Source of the DNA: the human T2T-CHM13v2.0 reference genome, Homo sapiens
Assembly: GCF_009914755.1 (NCBI RefSeq)
Contig: NC_060929.1
DNA length: 64,000 bases
Direction: 5' to 3' (one strand)
This document shows, piece after piece, positions 12,805 to 28,527 of the stretch; the stretch's first letter is position 1; every line of letters starts with the position of its first letter. The notes beneath the pieces were generated by a model that saw only the letters and a list, made by a program, of their open reading frames with translations, made no database searches and was not told the DNA's origin. A program made the position numbers and the translations under genes.

Positions 12805-12978
12805 GGGATCACACATCTTTATTTAAAGGGCCAGATAGTAAATATATTAGGCTTGTCAGCAGCAGAGCCTCTGTTGCAACTCAAATCTGCTGCTCTAGCT
12901 CAAATCAGCCATAGATAATATGTAATGGGATGAGCAAGACAGTTGGCCAGTCTCCAGGCCACAGTTTGCCAAACTCAT
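12805..12978. mobile_element. MER58A-like hAT-Charlie MITE
   Basis: taaagggccagatagtaaatatattaggctt...tctgttgcaactc...gccacagtttgcc. Confidence 0.8.
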
Positions 12979-14237
12979 CTCTAGGGATTAAAATATAAAC
13001 TCTCTATTTTTCTGAATCTATTTAGAGTTATTATAGTACTATTTCATTTGGAATTATTGGAATATGCAACCACATATGTTCATTTAGACTTCCTCATTCA
13101 GTTTTTCTGTACTATAGTCATGATATATATATATAGATATAGATATAATATAGCATCTGTGTACATTGTAGACCATACAATAAAATTGTATACATTTTAC
13201 TTAATATACATTGCATGTATTTTAAGGATTAAGAATGTAAAAATAGTCTTTTACTTTTAGCTTGATATTTACCCTTTCCATTGTTCTTCATGACTTCCTG
13301 AAGATAGGAGTTTTCCTTTGGTTTCATTTTCCTTCTCCATGTCTTTTAGTTGGGTTGCTAATGACAAATTCTCTTAATTTTCTTTCACCTGAAAATTTTC
13401 ATTTCATCATAATTTTTGAAATATATTTTCACTAGATATAAAATTATAGGTTGACTTTTTCTTTTTCTTTTACCATCTCAGAAACCTTCCTCTATCTTCT
13501 CTTCTCCATAGTTTAAGATGAGAAATGTATAGCCCTTGGATTGTCATTTCCCTGTAAGTAATCTGTTGTTTCTCCCTGTTTATGTGCAAGATAGTCTCTT
13601 TATCTTTGGTTTTCAGAAGCTTGACTATAATGTGTCTACATATAATTTACTGCATATTTATCCCATTAGAGGATTGTTGAACTTATTGATTTTGTAAATC
13701 TATGCCTTTTCTCAAATTTGGAAAGAAGTTTTAGTGATCATTCCTTTAAATACCTTCCTACCTCTCCATCCTCTCCTGAGAATACAGTTACACACATTAA
13801 TTTTTTTGATATAATCTCACAGCTTTCTGTAAATCTTTCATATTTTTCAATATTTTCCCTTTCTCCTTCAGAGTGGGTAATTCCCTTTAAACTATTTTCA
13901 AGCTTACTGAATTTTTATCATTTCCATCCTGCTCAAATCCATTCAGTCAACTTTTAATTTTACATATTGTATTTTTCACATCTAAAGTGAAAGTTTCAAT
14001 TTACTTTTTTTAAACTTTTCTCTTGAGATATCTTTTCATTTATTACAAGCCAATTTCCGTTACCTCACTAGGTATATTCATAGAGTCAGTTTCAAATTTT
14101 ATGAAAATCATAACACATGTGTCATCTCAGGTTTGAATTGTTTATTTACATTTTTAAAGAAAGGGTTGCATTTTGCTATTCTACATAGCCAGTAATTTTT
14201 ACTTCTATACTAGAAATGTTGTTGTTATATTATAGAG

Positions 14238-14423
14238 CAAACATGAGCAAACTATGGCTTAAAGTTTTACTGGAACACAGTGACACACATTTTTTCATTT
14301 ATTTTCTATGGCCGCCCTCAAGCTACAATGGCAGTATTGAATAGTTGCAACAGAGACCACCTGGCCAAGAAGCCTAAAATATGTACTATTTGGCAATTTA
14401 CAGAAAGAGTTTGCTGACCCCTG
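14238..14423. mobile_element. MER58A-like MITE, opposite orientation to the 12.8-kb copy
   Basis: gttttactggaacacag...gttgcaacagagacc...gtttgctgacccctg; 8-bp TSD ttatagag/ttgtagag. Confidence 0.8.
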
Positions 14424-14660
14424 TTGTAGAGACTCTGGATTCTGTTATATTCCTTCAAAGACTGTTTTTTGTTTTCACAGGCAATTATATTAATTAGATT
14501 TAAACTGGAAATTTTGTCTCATCTATTGTAGGCAGCAGCTCATATCTTAGATCAATTCATTTTTCTCTTATCTGTGCTATTTGTAGTGCGTGTTGTGTAT
14601 GTATGGGTCAGTTGCCAAGGGGAGACTTAAGCTCTTCTAATTCTATTCCCTCTGGAAATC

Positions 14661-14854
14661 TCCCTTCAGTTTATGGCAGCCTTGACCACCTCAGTTTCCG
14701 TCTTCACGAGTCTATAAGATGATATGTTTTTCCAGTTGGCACCTAATGTCAGGACACTCCCTTCAGTTTATGGCAGCCTTCACCACCTCAGTTTCTGTCT
14801 TCGTGAGTCTATAAGATGATATGTTTTTCCAGTTGGCACCTAATGTCAGGACAC
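14661..14854. repeat. 97-bp tandem duplication
   Basis: Copies at 14661-14757 and 14758-14854 with 4 mismatches. Confidence 0.95.
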
Positions 14855-14959
14855 AATAGTGGGCATCTATCAGGTTAAAGCTGCAAAGATGATGAACTAA
14901 CCTTGTGCCAGTGTTTTCGGTTTCCCTCAAAAGTGTGCCTGCTGAAAGCAATCACTTTC

Positions 14960-16670
14960 ATAATTGCCATGCACAAAAAATAAAATACCTAGAAATACAG
15001 CCAAGCAGGGAGGTGAAAGATCTCTACATGCAGAAATAGAAAATACTGCTCAAAGTAATCAGAGATGACACAAATGGAAAAACATTCCATGCTTATGTAT
15101 AGGAAGAATCAGTATTGTTAAAATGGCCATACTGCCCAAAGCAATTTATAGATTCACTGCTATTCCTATTAAACTACCATTGATATTCATCACAGAATTA
15201 GAAAACCTATTTTAAAAATCATATAGAAACAAAAACAAGCCCAAATAGCCAAGGCAATCAAGCAAAAATAACAAAGCTGGAGGCATGATGTTACCTGACT
15301 TCAAACTATACTCCAGGGCTACAGTACTAAAAACAACATGATACTGGGACAAAACAGACACATAGACCAATGGAACAGAAGGGAAAACCCAGAAACAAGG
15401 TTGCAAACCTACAACTATCTGATTTTTGACAAACCTGTTCAATAAATGGCTCTGGGATAACTTACTAGCCATATGCAGAAGATTGAAACTGGGCCCCTTT
15501 TTAGGCCGTACACAAAAATTAACTCAAGATGGATTAGATACTTACATGTAAAACCCAAAACTGTAAAAAACCCTGGAAGACAAACTAGGCAATACCATTC
15601 TGGACATAGGAACAAGCAAAGATTTCATGACAAAGACTCCAAAAGCAATTGCAACAAAAGCAAAAGAAAAGAGAGAGAGAGAGAGAGAAATGGGATCTAA
15701 TTAAACTAAAGAGCTTGTGCACAGCAAAATAAACTATCAAGTTTCCACCAAGAGTGGACAGACAGCCTACAGAGTGGGAGAAAATTTTTGCAAACTATGA
15801 ATCTAACAAAGATCTAATATCCAGCAACAATAGCAAACTTAAGTTTACAAGCAAAAAACAAGCAACCCCAATAAAAGGTGGGCAAAGGACGTTAACAGAC
15901 ACTTCAAAAGAAGACATACATGCAGCCAACAATCATATGAACATCGCTGATCACTAGAGAAATGCAAATCAAAACCACAATGTAATACTGTCTCACACTA
16001 GTCAGAATGGCTACTATTAAAATGTCAAAAAATAACAGATGCTGATGAGATGTGGAGAAAAGGGAACACTTATATACTGTTGATGGGAGTGTAAATTAGT
16101 TCAACCATTGTGGAAAACAGTGGGGCAATTCCTCAAAGAGCTAAAAACAGAAATAGCATTTGACCAGCAATCCCATTAATGGGTATATACCCAAAGGAAT
16201 ATCAGTTATTCTGTTATAAAGACACATGCATGTATGTGTTTACTGCAGCACTATTCACAATAGCAAAGACATGGAATGAACCTAAATGTTCATCAGTGAT
16301 AGACTGGATAAAGAAAATGTGGAACATATACATCATGGAATACTATGCAGCCATAAAAAATGAGATAATGTCTTTTGCAGCAACATGGATGGAAGTGGAG
16401 CCATTATTATTAGCAAACTAATGCAGGAACAGAAAACCGAATACCACATGTTCTCACTTATAAATGAGAGCTAAATGGACACAGAGGGGAACAACACACA
16501 TTGGAGCCTATTAGAAGGTGGAGGCTGGGAGGAGGGAAAGGATCAGGAAAAATATCTAATGGGTTCTAGGCTTACTACCTAGGTGATGAAATAAACTATA
16601 CATCATACCCCCATGACACAAGTTCAGGTATAACAAACCTGCACATGTACCCCTGAACTTAAACGTTCAA
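14960..16670 (+). mobile_element. 5'-truncated older L1PA
   Basis: Frameshifted ORF2 pieces (ORFs 15473, 15754, 16179) and 3'UTR ending gtacccctgaacttaaa. Confidence 0.92.
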
Positions 16671-17068
<398 letters not shown>

Positions 17069-18274
17069 TGATACCTACAAGAGGGTTGGTTTTTTGAGAA
17101 ATTAATCCACCATTCCAGAAGGGGAATCTTTTTATCTTAATTCTGTATCATTTTCTTTAAAAATTTAAAATAGGTTCTTCCTTCTTTTTATTGTTTTCTT
17201 TTCTTTGAGGGCCTCCATTATATAGATATTAACAGTTCTCCTTTCTTTTAATTTATTTTTATTCCCTTTCTTTAACACTTCCTGATGTAACCATGAAAGA
17301 GTCCCTTGCAGCTTGCTGCTTCATGCATTGGCTGTCCATGGGTTACATTTCCCTTTCTATGCCTATCACTCAACTTCTGCCAGTAGCTATGTATGTGGAG
17401 TGGAGGAGGTGAAAGAGAGAATGTCAAACTTATTCAGTGGACAGTGGTCAAATCTCCTCTGTTAAAGGATAAAGTTTCTAGGATGTAAATGAGCTAGATT
17501 TCTAGCATTTCTTCCCACTAAAATAAGGTTTATAATTAATGTTTAAATCCAATAAGTGTTACATTATGTAGTCAATGTTTATTAAGATTTATCCTCATTT
17601 TTATCAGTCTATTTGCTTACCATTGCTTTTCCGTCCTTTCTTATAAAGTCTTATTTCTTTTTCTTAAAGAACATCATTTAGAAGCAACTTTGGGGCAGAT
17701 CTATAGAAGGTAAACACTCAGTGTTTGTTTCATTGAAAGGGCCTGTTTTTAACCTTCAAACCTGAATAAAATTTTAGCTGAGTTCAGGAGTGTAGATTGA
17801 CAGATTTTTTTTTCTCTTTTTTGCCTCTTTGAATATATCATAAATTCACCTCCTTACACTGATGTCAAGATGTCATCTTTGCCATGTGCCTAATGTGAAA
17901 AGAAAACTTGCCATATTTGACATATTTGCTATAGATTTTCTTAGATGCCCTTTAATTATACAGAAATTAATTTCAATGACTAGTTTGCTAAGATTTTTAA
18001 GTGAATGTTAAATTGCATCACATATTTTGTATCCACAGATATAAAAATCATAGATTTTAAGTTATTAATGTGCCCAAGTATATTAATTAAATTCCTAATA
18101 TCAAACTTACCTGTATTCTGAGGAAGAAAACCTAATTTGGTCATGGATAGATTCAGTCTGTTGAAATTTGTTTAGCATACTCAGCTCTAAATTAATACAT
18201 GAAGTAGATCACTATTTTTACTTTCTTTTAAAATCCCTCCTAGTTTGGATATCACAGATTTTAGAAGTTGTGCA

Positions 18275-18910
18275 GGGACATGGATAGAGCTGTAGGCTAT
18301 TATCCTCAGCAAACTAACACGGGAACAAAAAACCAAATAATGCCAGGCGCGGTGGCTCACACCTATAATCCCAGCACTTTAGGAGGCCGATGCGGGCGGA
18401 TCAGCTGAGGTCAGGAGTTCAAGACCAGCCTGGCCAACTTGGCAAAACCCTGTCTCTACTAAAAGTACAAAAATTAGCGGGGCATGGTGGCGGGTGCCTA
18501 TGATCCCAGCTACTTAGGTGGCTGAGGCAAGAGAATCGCTTGAACCCGGGAGGTGAAGGTTGCATTGAGCCAAGATGATTGTGCTACTGCACTCCAGCCT
18601 GGGTGACAAGAGCGAGACTCTGTCTCCAAAACAACAAGAACAACAACAAACCAACTACCACATGTTCTCACTTACAAGTGGGCACTAAATGATACAAACT
18701 TAGGAACACAGAGAAGGAAACAACAGACCCTGGGGCCTACTTGAATGGGGAGGGTGGGAGGAGGGAAAGGAGCAGAAAAGGTAATGATTGGGTACTGGGC
18801 TTAATACCTGGGTGATGAAATAATCTGTTCAGTAACCCCCTAGGAAACATGTTTACCTGTGTCACAAATCTTCGTATGTACCACTAATCCTAAAGGAAAA
18901 GTTAAAAAGA
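18275..18910 (+). mobile_element. Old L1PA 3' end, split by an Alu
   Basis: gggacatggatagagctg...cagcaaactaac, then ccacatgttctcacttacaagtggg...3'UTR. Confidence 0.85.
18341..18650 (+). mobile_element. AluS (Sq/Sx-like)
   Basis: Full dimer with (caa)n tail inside the L1. Confidence 0.9.
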
Positions 18911-19337
18911 AGAAGTGATGCTCTCTTTTTCTGTTCTCTAGAAAGTTTCTCTGTGTTGAGAATCTAAGTTCCTTGAAAGAGTGTTAGTCTCTGGACAGGT
19001 GTATTTTTGTGGGAAGATTTTTAACAGGCTTAACTATTCTGTGATTATAGAATTGTTCACCTTTTCTATTTCTTCTTGGTTTCACTTTAGTAAATTTTTA
19101 GTTTCTATTTTTCAGTTTCATATACTTTTCAAGTGTATTGGCATAGACTTAATTATAATGTCTATTTTCTGTTTGAACTGTTATCTTTTATGCCCTCATT
19201 TGTTATTCCTAATAGTATTTATTTTTGCCTTCTCTTTTTGCTTGATTAATTTTCAATTATATTAGTCTTTATAAAGAATTAGAGTTCAGCTTTATTTTCC
19301 CTTTTGAGTCTTTGTTTCCTATTTTAGTACTCTCTGT

Positions 19338-19339
<2 letters not shown>

Positions 19340-19369
<30 letters not shown>
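19340..19369. repeat. (CA)n microsatellite
   Basis: About 15 uninterrupted CA units. Confidence 0.95.
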
Positions 19370-19370
<1 letters not shown>

Positions 19371-21371
19371 GCTATTCTAATAATTATAATAAAGTTCTGT
19401 TATTAGAAAAGAATGTTTCTAAAATTTTATTTTATATCTGAATTTCCTTTGCAATCTGTTAAGTTATTGAAAATGTATTGTAGAGAGTAATGCAGGGAAA
19501 AGAAGGTAGTTATATGTCCAAGGATTAATTATTACTTCAATGCATACGCAGTTAAAATTGTCTTATTTTAACATAAATTTCAGAACATCTTAATGGAACT
19601 ATTTGCTATAAAGAAAGGCATGGGCACAGGTTAGCTCTGAAGATAAATTTTATAATATTTGTACAGGACAATTAACCTTCCATTTCAATACATAGTACAT
19701 TTATGTAATATTTAAAAACCTATTTGAGATAAACATCCAAGTACATATTATATTCTTTTAATAAACTCTTTTTACTATAGAAGCATAACAAAGGAATATC
19801 GTATTATTTTTATTAGTTTGCGAGAAAATGCTGGGTTTTGCATCTCTCTTGTGGATTCCTATGCCAAGCATTTTAAGTTATAGAGTTATTTTCGTAACTG
19901 ACCTATTAAGTGGTTTCAGCAACTAAGTTGAAAAAAATATTTGACTCTTGCCTGTGTAACATATGGACAGTGTTTGTCTCTAATATAATACCCGTAATGC
20001 CCCATTCTGCCCTTTAGAAAGGGCTTGCTGTTATGTACCTCTAATGTGACATATCTGAGGTATTCCACTTTTCAAGGTGAAAACTATCCATACTATTTCT
20101 TCAACATTTTCTTGCCTTACTTGTGGGATTTTGGTTTGAACTTCTAAATCTGAGTTATTTTTAAGACCGAGGCTGTAATTTATTTACCATAAGATCCCTA
20201 GACCTGCAGAACAGAAAGGGTAAAAGACATCTCTGAGAGAGATTTTATTCTACGTGACCATGCTTCTTTTGAAAAGCTGCCAAGTTTGCTTGTATGCTCT
20301 GAATGTCTCAAGTGGGAATCAATGAGAGTACCTGCCGTTTCAAATAGCAGCAGATAATGGTGGAAGGGCAGAATGTAGACCACCAACAACGTTCAACAAG
20401 CAAGCATTATTCCAAAACTACAGTGTAGATTTGCTTTTTCAGTTCAGTATGCATTGGTTAACTAATGAACTTGAATAAAATAATTATTGTTATGAGATAA
20501 CTAAGTTTTATTAAATGCAAGTAAAGAAAAATTCTTCTTTGAATTTTCTTCTAAAGAAAAATCAACATTTGACCCCATAATTATCAAACATCCTTGACAG
20601 AAAGTTCCTAGATGGGTGAAATATTTTTAGAATCAAAAATGCTCAGGTTAGACATCTGCTAATTGAAATACTCTTAAATGTCTCCACAAAAGTACATGAA
20701 AAACAATTGAACTCTTTGCCTATTTTCAATAGTTTAAAATATTACAAAGGGGCAATATGATTTATAGGCATTCTTTACAATAATTTTCTAGGTGAATTTT
20801 TGGTAAATGCTATGGGCAGTTAGAAGAAGCACACTAGTTAAGCTAAACCATATCCTAAATATAATAAGATATATTTGTGTGACATATTTTGAAGCTGGAA
20901 AAAAAGTCACAGAAAAGAAAATAAGGTAAATTAAATATATCTCACTCTCTCCATAGACTTGAATTTCATTGGATCTGTCATTTCTTTGTGTTAGGAACAT
21001 TTCAATTTCACTGTTAGATATTTTGAAATATACAGTAAATTGTTGTTAAAAAAAGCTTACAAACAGTTCAGAAATCTAAAGTATAGGAAAATAGTATTTT
21101 GGGATTTGCAACAAAGTAAGTATTAGGGTAATTAAATATTAATATATTGAAAGAATATATGTTTCAAATAGGTCTGTTACAATTTAAATATATTCTTCAA
21201 ATATATCTAATAGATTTGGGTCATAAGTTGACTTTAATTTTGCTGTGATTTTTAGTCTATTTTGAACACCAACACCAGAATAAGTTTCCTAAAATAACCT
21301 ATTAACTTATCAATCTGCTGCTGGTCAACTGCTAAATGGCTTATTTTTCCCTACAAACATAAAGTCCCTAG

Positions 21372-21773
<402 letters not shown>

Positions 21774-22624
21774 TAAATGTCCTTTATGGATTTCATATTT
21801 CTGCACAATTGTTAACAATATGTGTGAGTCTAAAAAATGTCAACCACCTTACAGAAATAGAAAGTCTTTATTAATATGTGTGTTGGCCTCTTCATATCTA
21901 TGTCTCTGAGCTGACCACAATTATAGCTGTCTAAGGTTTTTGACAATTTTTCTTTTACATTTCCTCAGAGTTATCTTTGCTTATTGTTGCCATGTTTCAG
22001 CTGCCTTATCCAAGTATTTTTTATTCCCTTTAACATTTCCGTAGAAAAAATTTCATTGTGTTCTGAAAATGTAAAAATCCTTCATACTGAAGTAAAAAGT
22101 ACTGATAACAATTTACAGAAACATACACACTAAGACTATATTGTGTCAGGGGTCAAGACTATATAATGAATTAATAAAGTACTAACCATGGCATTTAAGC
22201 ATAAAAGCAGAGCATAAGTGGGAATAGACCTTAGGGCAGCAGACACTGAATTTATAACACAAAAACAAACACTTATTCTTCCAGCCTGGTCCATGTGTCA
22301 TAGCATATAAATGATGATTTCTGTCTTAATTTTTTCTGTTGTATCTACATCATCTTGTATAACCATATGTGTTTTATTTAAGGAAGTTTTAAAAGATTTA
22401 ACTTTATGAAATAGATTTTTCTATCATTATGTATCAATCTTCCCATCACTATAAATGAGCCCTATACTATTTCAATTACAGATTTAATATTTTAATTACC
22501 TAAAGCATATTTTTCTTCAAATAATTTTTGTTATTCTATCAAAATAGCTTTCTTAACAATGATTGGCTTCACTTAAAAAAATGTGATACCTTCCCCTTAT
22601 TAGTTATTGTGCCTTTGTTTTCAG

Positions 22625-22726
22625 CATGTTATTTGCACAGGATTATGGTGCAAGGTAGAAGGTGAGAAAGAATGCAGAACCAAGCTAGACCCACCAATGG
22701 ATGGAACTGACTGTGACCTTGGTAAG
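22625..22726 (+). CDS. ADAMTS19: ADAMTS19 exon: disintegrin-like domain (HVICTGLWCKVEGEKECRTKLDPPMDGTDCDLGK)
   Basis: tttgttttcag| acceptor and AAG|gtaagt donor; 102 nt, phase 0-0; C..LWC and DGT.C motifs. Confidence 0.96.
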
Positions 22727-23890
22727 GTAAGTCATTTGTGTTGTCTGAATTTAATGAGCATACTAGATGAAACTTGAGAATCTTGCATTTTCTCTGCCAG
22801 TTACGTTTGTATTCATCTTAGCACTGATGGAATAATAACAGTATATACAAAAATATTAGTATTTCATCAGTTTTAACATTTATACTTTTTAAAATCCATG
22901 GTTGTTTTGTTAATATCAATGTGGTGAGGTTTTATTTTATTTGTTATTTTATTTGTTGTGAGAATGTTGAGAGTCATATATATGCATTAATATAGCAAAA
23001 ATGTGAATTTTTTTACTTTTTAAACAGAAGTAAATTAAGCACAAATAATAGCATAAATGGTAAAATTTCTCATTGCCAATGGATCTTTTCAAGTATAAAA
23101 TAATTGACTCAGGAGAGCAACTGAGTATTTTTTCTTTGTCAATATAATAATCATCCATAAAATATTCCAGTTGACATTTGGAGATTAGTAAATATTTGGC
23201 TGTCTGTGTAGTTTAATGTACTTCATAAGGCTTTAAAAATTTGTTAGTATACATTTCCAGATCTAAATAACTGCTTTTGAAAATTAATTTTCCTTTGAGG
23301 AATATGAAGAAGATGGATTTCACATGTATTTAATAATTATGGTTAACATAATCAAAAGATAACAGATCAATAGTTTACATAATTTTCTAATTTGCATACT
23401 GTGATGGGAAAGTAGAATTGTTATCACTGTACTCAATTGTTAAGATCAGAAAGCTTGCCTCTGAAGAGCATGAATGTGTATTACATTTGAAAATAAATAG
23501 CAACGTAAAGAACCTATAGATTTCTTATGGTGAAATACTTGAAGAAAATATGAAATTAGGTGGAGTTTTATTTTAAAAACATATGGATTTGAAAAATGGA
23601 CAGAAAGGAAGCTATTCAACTTCTAGAAATTCGTCTTAAGAAAGTACACACACAGATGCACCTACACACACTCACACATGCACACACAGATGCTTAGGCA
23701 AGGATGCAGTTTGTAATGGTGAGAAGTGAGAAACAATAAAAATATTCATTAGGAGACAAATGGTCACAATGTAGTTGTTAAAAAATGAGGGAGATACATA
23801 TGTTCTAACCTGAAGAGATCTATAAGACATGGCTGTTAGTTGATAGGCATGTCAGAAATTTTGATACTTTACAATACAGTTTGACATTTA

Positions 23891-24399
<509 letters not shown>

Positions 24400-26533
24400 C
24401 TAGAAATATTTTATCACTATATATTATCAATAAGAAAATGATTCCTTAGAGGGAATTTCTGTGAAATATCAGTTAATTGTTTACAGACTGTGCCAAATAT
24501 TTCCTATAAGCTTAAACAAAGCATCAGAATTTGGGTCTGTTTTATTTTTTAAATATATACACAAAAGTATAAGAACCTGTGTATATCAAGCAAGTCTCCT
24601 GATATTGTGCTAATTTATTGCTTGAATCATAAAACTTTGCACCAGCAATCATTTTTATCATCCCTGAAACACAAAAGCAGTAATATTAAGAGATAACCAA
24701 ACATACTGCGATGAGCCCTCAAACATCACATAGCTTGTTTGTCTTTAGTTTTTTAGCAATATAAAAATATCTTTATTTTTATAATCTGGCACCTTCAATA
24801 TTTTTCTGCTATGATTTTTTCCCTTGTATATATAAACATAATTTGCAATCTTGAAATCTTTAAAGTAAACTTATTTTGGCAGTTAAAACTGTAATTACTA
24901 AACAAAAGTAAAAAGTTTTATTTTCCTATAATTGTGTTAATGATAACTCTCTTAGAGGTTCTGTAATGCTTTGTATATTGAAATAACTAATGAACCTCTC
25001 AGTTTTCCAGGCCATGTGGGCTTCTTCAAATATTCATCTGTTTCAGCTCTTTTAGAAGCCATCGTGAAAATAGCTTCCAACACTCTGCCATTGTGTGCAG
25101 TAGTGCTAAAATATTTGAATGCTTGCAACCTCACACCAAACACTGCAAGCTCAATACATTGCTAACCAAGAGACAAAGCTTGGGATTTTGTAACTGATAA
25201 CACTCTAGTGATATTAATCAAACTGTATAAATCTAGTTAATCTAAGAGTATATAATTACATCTGAGAAGGTGCTTACAGAATTCTATGCTTCTGAATGAT
25301 TTTGAACAAAGAGGTTTATATACTCTTTATGGACAGCATAATGCAAATTGAAAACAACTTGTTTTCTTCTCTTTTTATATTTTTTATATAATTTTCATAT
25401 TTTGCAATTTACAATACAAATATCAATGTGTTGGCATTTACATTTCAAAGAGATTAAGTAGTGGGCAAATGATTTATTCAAAAATAATAAATGTATGTAT
25501 TTTACTTACAGTACTTACTAGAAATGAAAAGAGCGGAAAGAGACATTAAATACCAATTTACTAGAACCTTAGACTGTTTGGAAGGATTCTATGTAATATA
25601 TTTTAGTTATTTATTTTCCCAAATTGAGAATCTTGAAATTACCATCATAATTTATTATTGGAAACAATGAAGACTGTAATATCCTAACAGTCACAATGTG
25701 CATATGTACACAGCTTTTTCCCTGCCTTCCTCCTCTTCTCTCTTCCACAATATATGTACAAGATTTGATCAGAGACTGTTCAGGCTCCTTTGACATCTTC
25801 ACAGACCCCTTTCAAATGTGTGTTTTCATGAACTTCCTATACATGTCCACATAAAAATTTAGGAGTATAGAACTATAATTAGTGTGTTGGGTCATGCACT
25901 GTCCCCAGGTGGTCTATATTACATAATCCCTTAGTACTTTTATAAATCAGATTGAATTAGTAGATAAGACAATTTTTTAGTGTTTTCAACAATACATAAC
26001 TTCTTTTTTGAGGCTAAAAAATGCAAACGTTGTATGAAACAAATCATGCTGCTCTCCATAATATCCCTAATGATATTTATGGAAAGCATCATTGGGATTA
26101 TTTTACATATAATCTTATATAACATATTGTATAATAGTTTAAACAAAACATTTAACACTTTCCTCATTGTTGAAGCACAGAACCATATAGAAGACACAAA
26201 AGCAGGTACCCTCTAGCTTCATCCAGACATCTGGTTATCTGCAAGGTGACAAACTTTAAATACTATGCTGTAGTACTTTCTTCAAATTTCACTGATCTGT
26301 ATATGCAAATAGGTTTGCATTTCTGTATCCATTTCTCTTCATCAGCCAGATGTGTCATTGTTTAAATGATGTACAAATCTGGGTCCCAGTGATTTCCAGA
26401 ATATTTTAGTCTGTTATGAACTCTAGCCCAGTCTTTCAATGCCAGCTTGCTGCTAAATGGCCAAGGAGGTATGATATGCACTCTGGGAAACATAAACACC
26501 CTTAAAGTAGGCTAAAACAATGTGACCAATTGA

Positions 26534-26949
<416 letters not shown>

Positions 26950-28527
26950 TCCTTTTCCAATTTTTAAACTGCATCTTTGTACAAAATCCAAATTTATTTA
27001 ATGAGAATCTTAGAATATTGATATTCTCTGAGTTGTTGATCTTTATTTTGTTTTTCAAGTTTAGATTAAAAACTTTTTGAATCTAAAAGAGGTTGAATTT
27101 AAATGTTGACATTATTAGAGAAAATCTACAGAGACTAATTATTTTATGGCCTATAAAAGTAAAGCACTAACAGGGCCCACACAAAACTATATGGTATAGT
27201 TTTAATTCTCTTTTCTAAAAACAGCAATAAAAACATATTATCAAGTAAATTCTAAAAACAGATGAATAAATATCAGAATGAACAGAATTTTGCTTAGATT
27301 TCTGAAATTATTAACATAATGATACTTATAACTCTATTATTATTACAGTTAGCCCTTATTAAATCCTTAGTAAGGGCTATACATTGTGTTTAGTCTTTCA
27401 TTCAATTCCTAAAAAAAACTGTTAGGTAACTATGATTATCATTCACATTTTAGAAATGAGCAAGCTGAGAATCAGAGCATTTCTGTAATTTCCTCAAAAT
27501 CCTTTGTAAATTGTGTTGCCATTAAGTGTAGAAGTTCATTTAGGGCTAGGAGGATCAACTTACTCAACCTCATCGTTATACAATCACTAATCTAAATGCT
27601 TGTAATCTTACTTATTATTCTCAATATGATTTTGTTACTCTTACCATGTTTGCTACGACCATCATCTATTTGATTTTCAGGAATGAGGAGAAATTTTAAT
27701 AACCTGTCCCCCAAATTCTAGCAACCATTCCTGGGTGACCATCAGCAATCTCTCTCATTGCTTTTGTTTTCAGTGAATGAAAAAATAAAATAAAAATAAA
27801 AAAGAGAATGACTACACTTCTTTCTCTTATTCCAGTTATCTTTACCAGTTAATAGATACCAAGTAAAGTATAAAATAATTGGCATGAAATAACAGAATTT
27901 CAGCATCTAATTGCCCACGTCTTTCAAACCAACTTGCTGTAATGTTAATGTTTGAACTTGATGGGAATTCTTTCAGAAAAAAAAAAAAAAAAAAAAAGCA
28001 TAAAGGAAAGTGCTAAAATCAAACAGTACTTTTTAAAAACTACAAGTTAAAAAAGTACCCTGAGTCACTGACATTTCATACGAAAATTACTAAATTTGCT
28101 AAAAATGTCTGCTTTGACGTAGGACATTTATTTCTTGTTTCCATTCTTATATATTACTCTGATTTTTTTGTCCCTTTTAAATTATTATCGGTTTCTTAAA
28201 TGTGTTGGATTTTCTTTCCTGGTTGTGCAACCTCAGATTCCCTACCCATAATCTTTACCCTGTCTCCATCACAAAAACTGAATTCTTAGGGCTATAGTAA
28301 CAAATATCTGCGCACTGCTTTCCCAACAAGACTGTATCTGTGAGAACTGGGCAATTATATTACTATGACAAAAAACAAGTGCCAACTTATTTTTGGTCTT
28401 TCCTAATTCCCCATGTTTGTGGCTCTAGTAGACCTGATTTAATTGCAATTCCAGTGACATTATAGGCCAGCGAATGATTTTCAGTTGTGCCCTGATTTGT
28501 TCACCTAAGACATAACTTTTGGAATAG

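Larger units (their letters stand above)
12020..14620 (-). mobile_element. Old L1M fragments, antisense, hosting two MER58 elements
   Basis: T-rich antisense L1 phrases such as tatttttcactagatataaaattataggttgac and ttttcagaagcttgactataatgtgtc. Confidence 0.65.

Noticed and set aside
14661-14854. Direct repeats as a CRISPR-like array
   Set aside because: Only two contiguous copies with no spacers, in eukaryotic intronic context.
20198-20400. Slightly GC-richer patch as a possible cryptic or antisense exon
   Set aside because: No matched strong acceptor/donor pair and no protein similarity.
24952-25165. Overlapping sense and antisense ORFs of ~64 aa in unique-looking DNA
   Set aside because: No recognisable domain and no convincing exon boundaries; the ADAMTS19 frame is already continuous from 22726 to 28528.
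28061-28067. Isolated AP-1 TGAGTCA sites (also 35564-35570)
   Set aside because: Single 7-mers are expected by chance in 64 kb.
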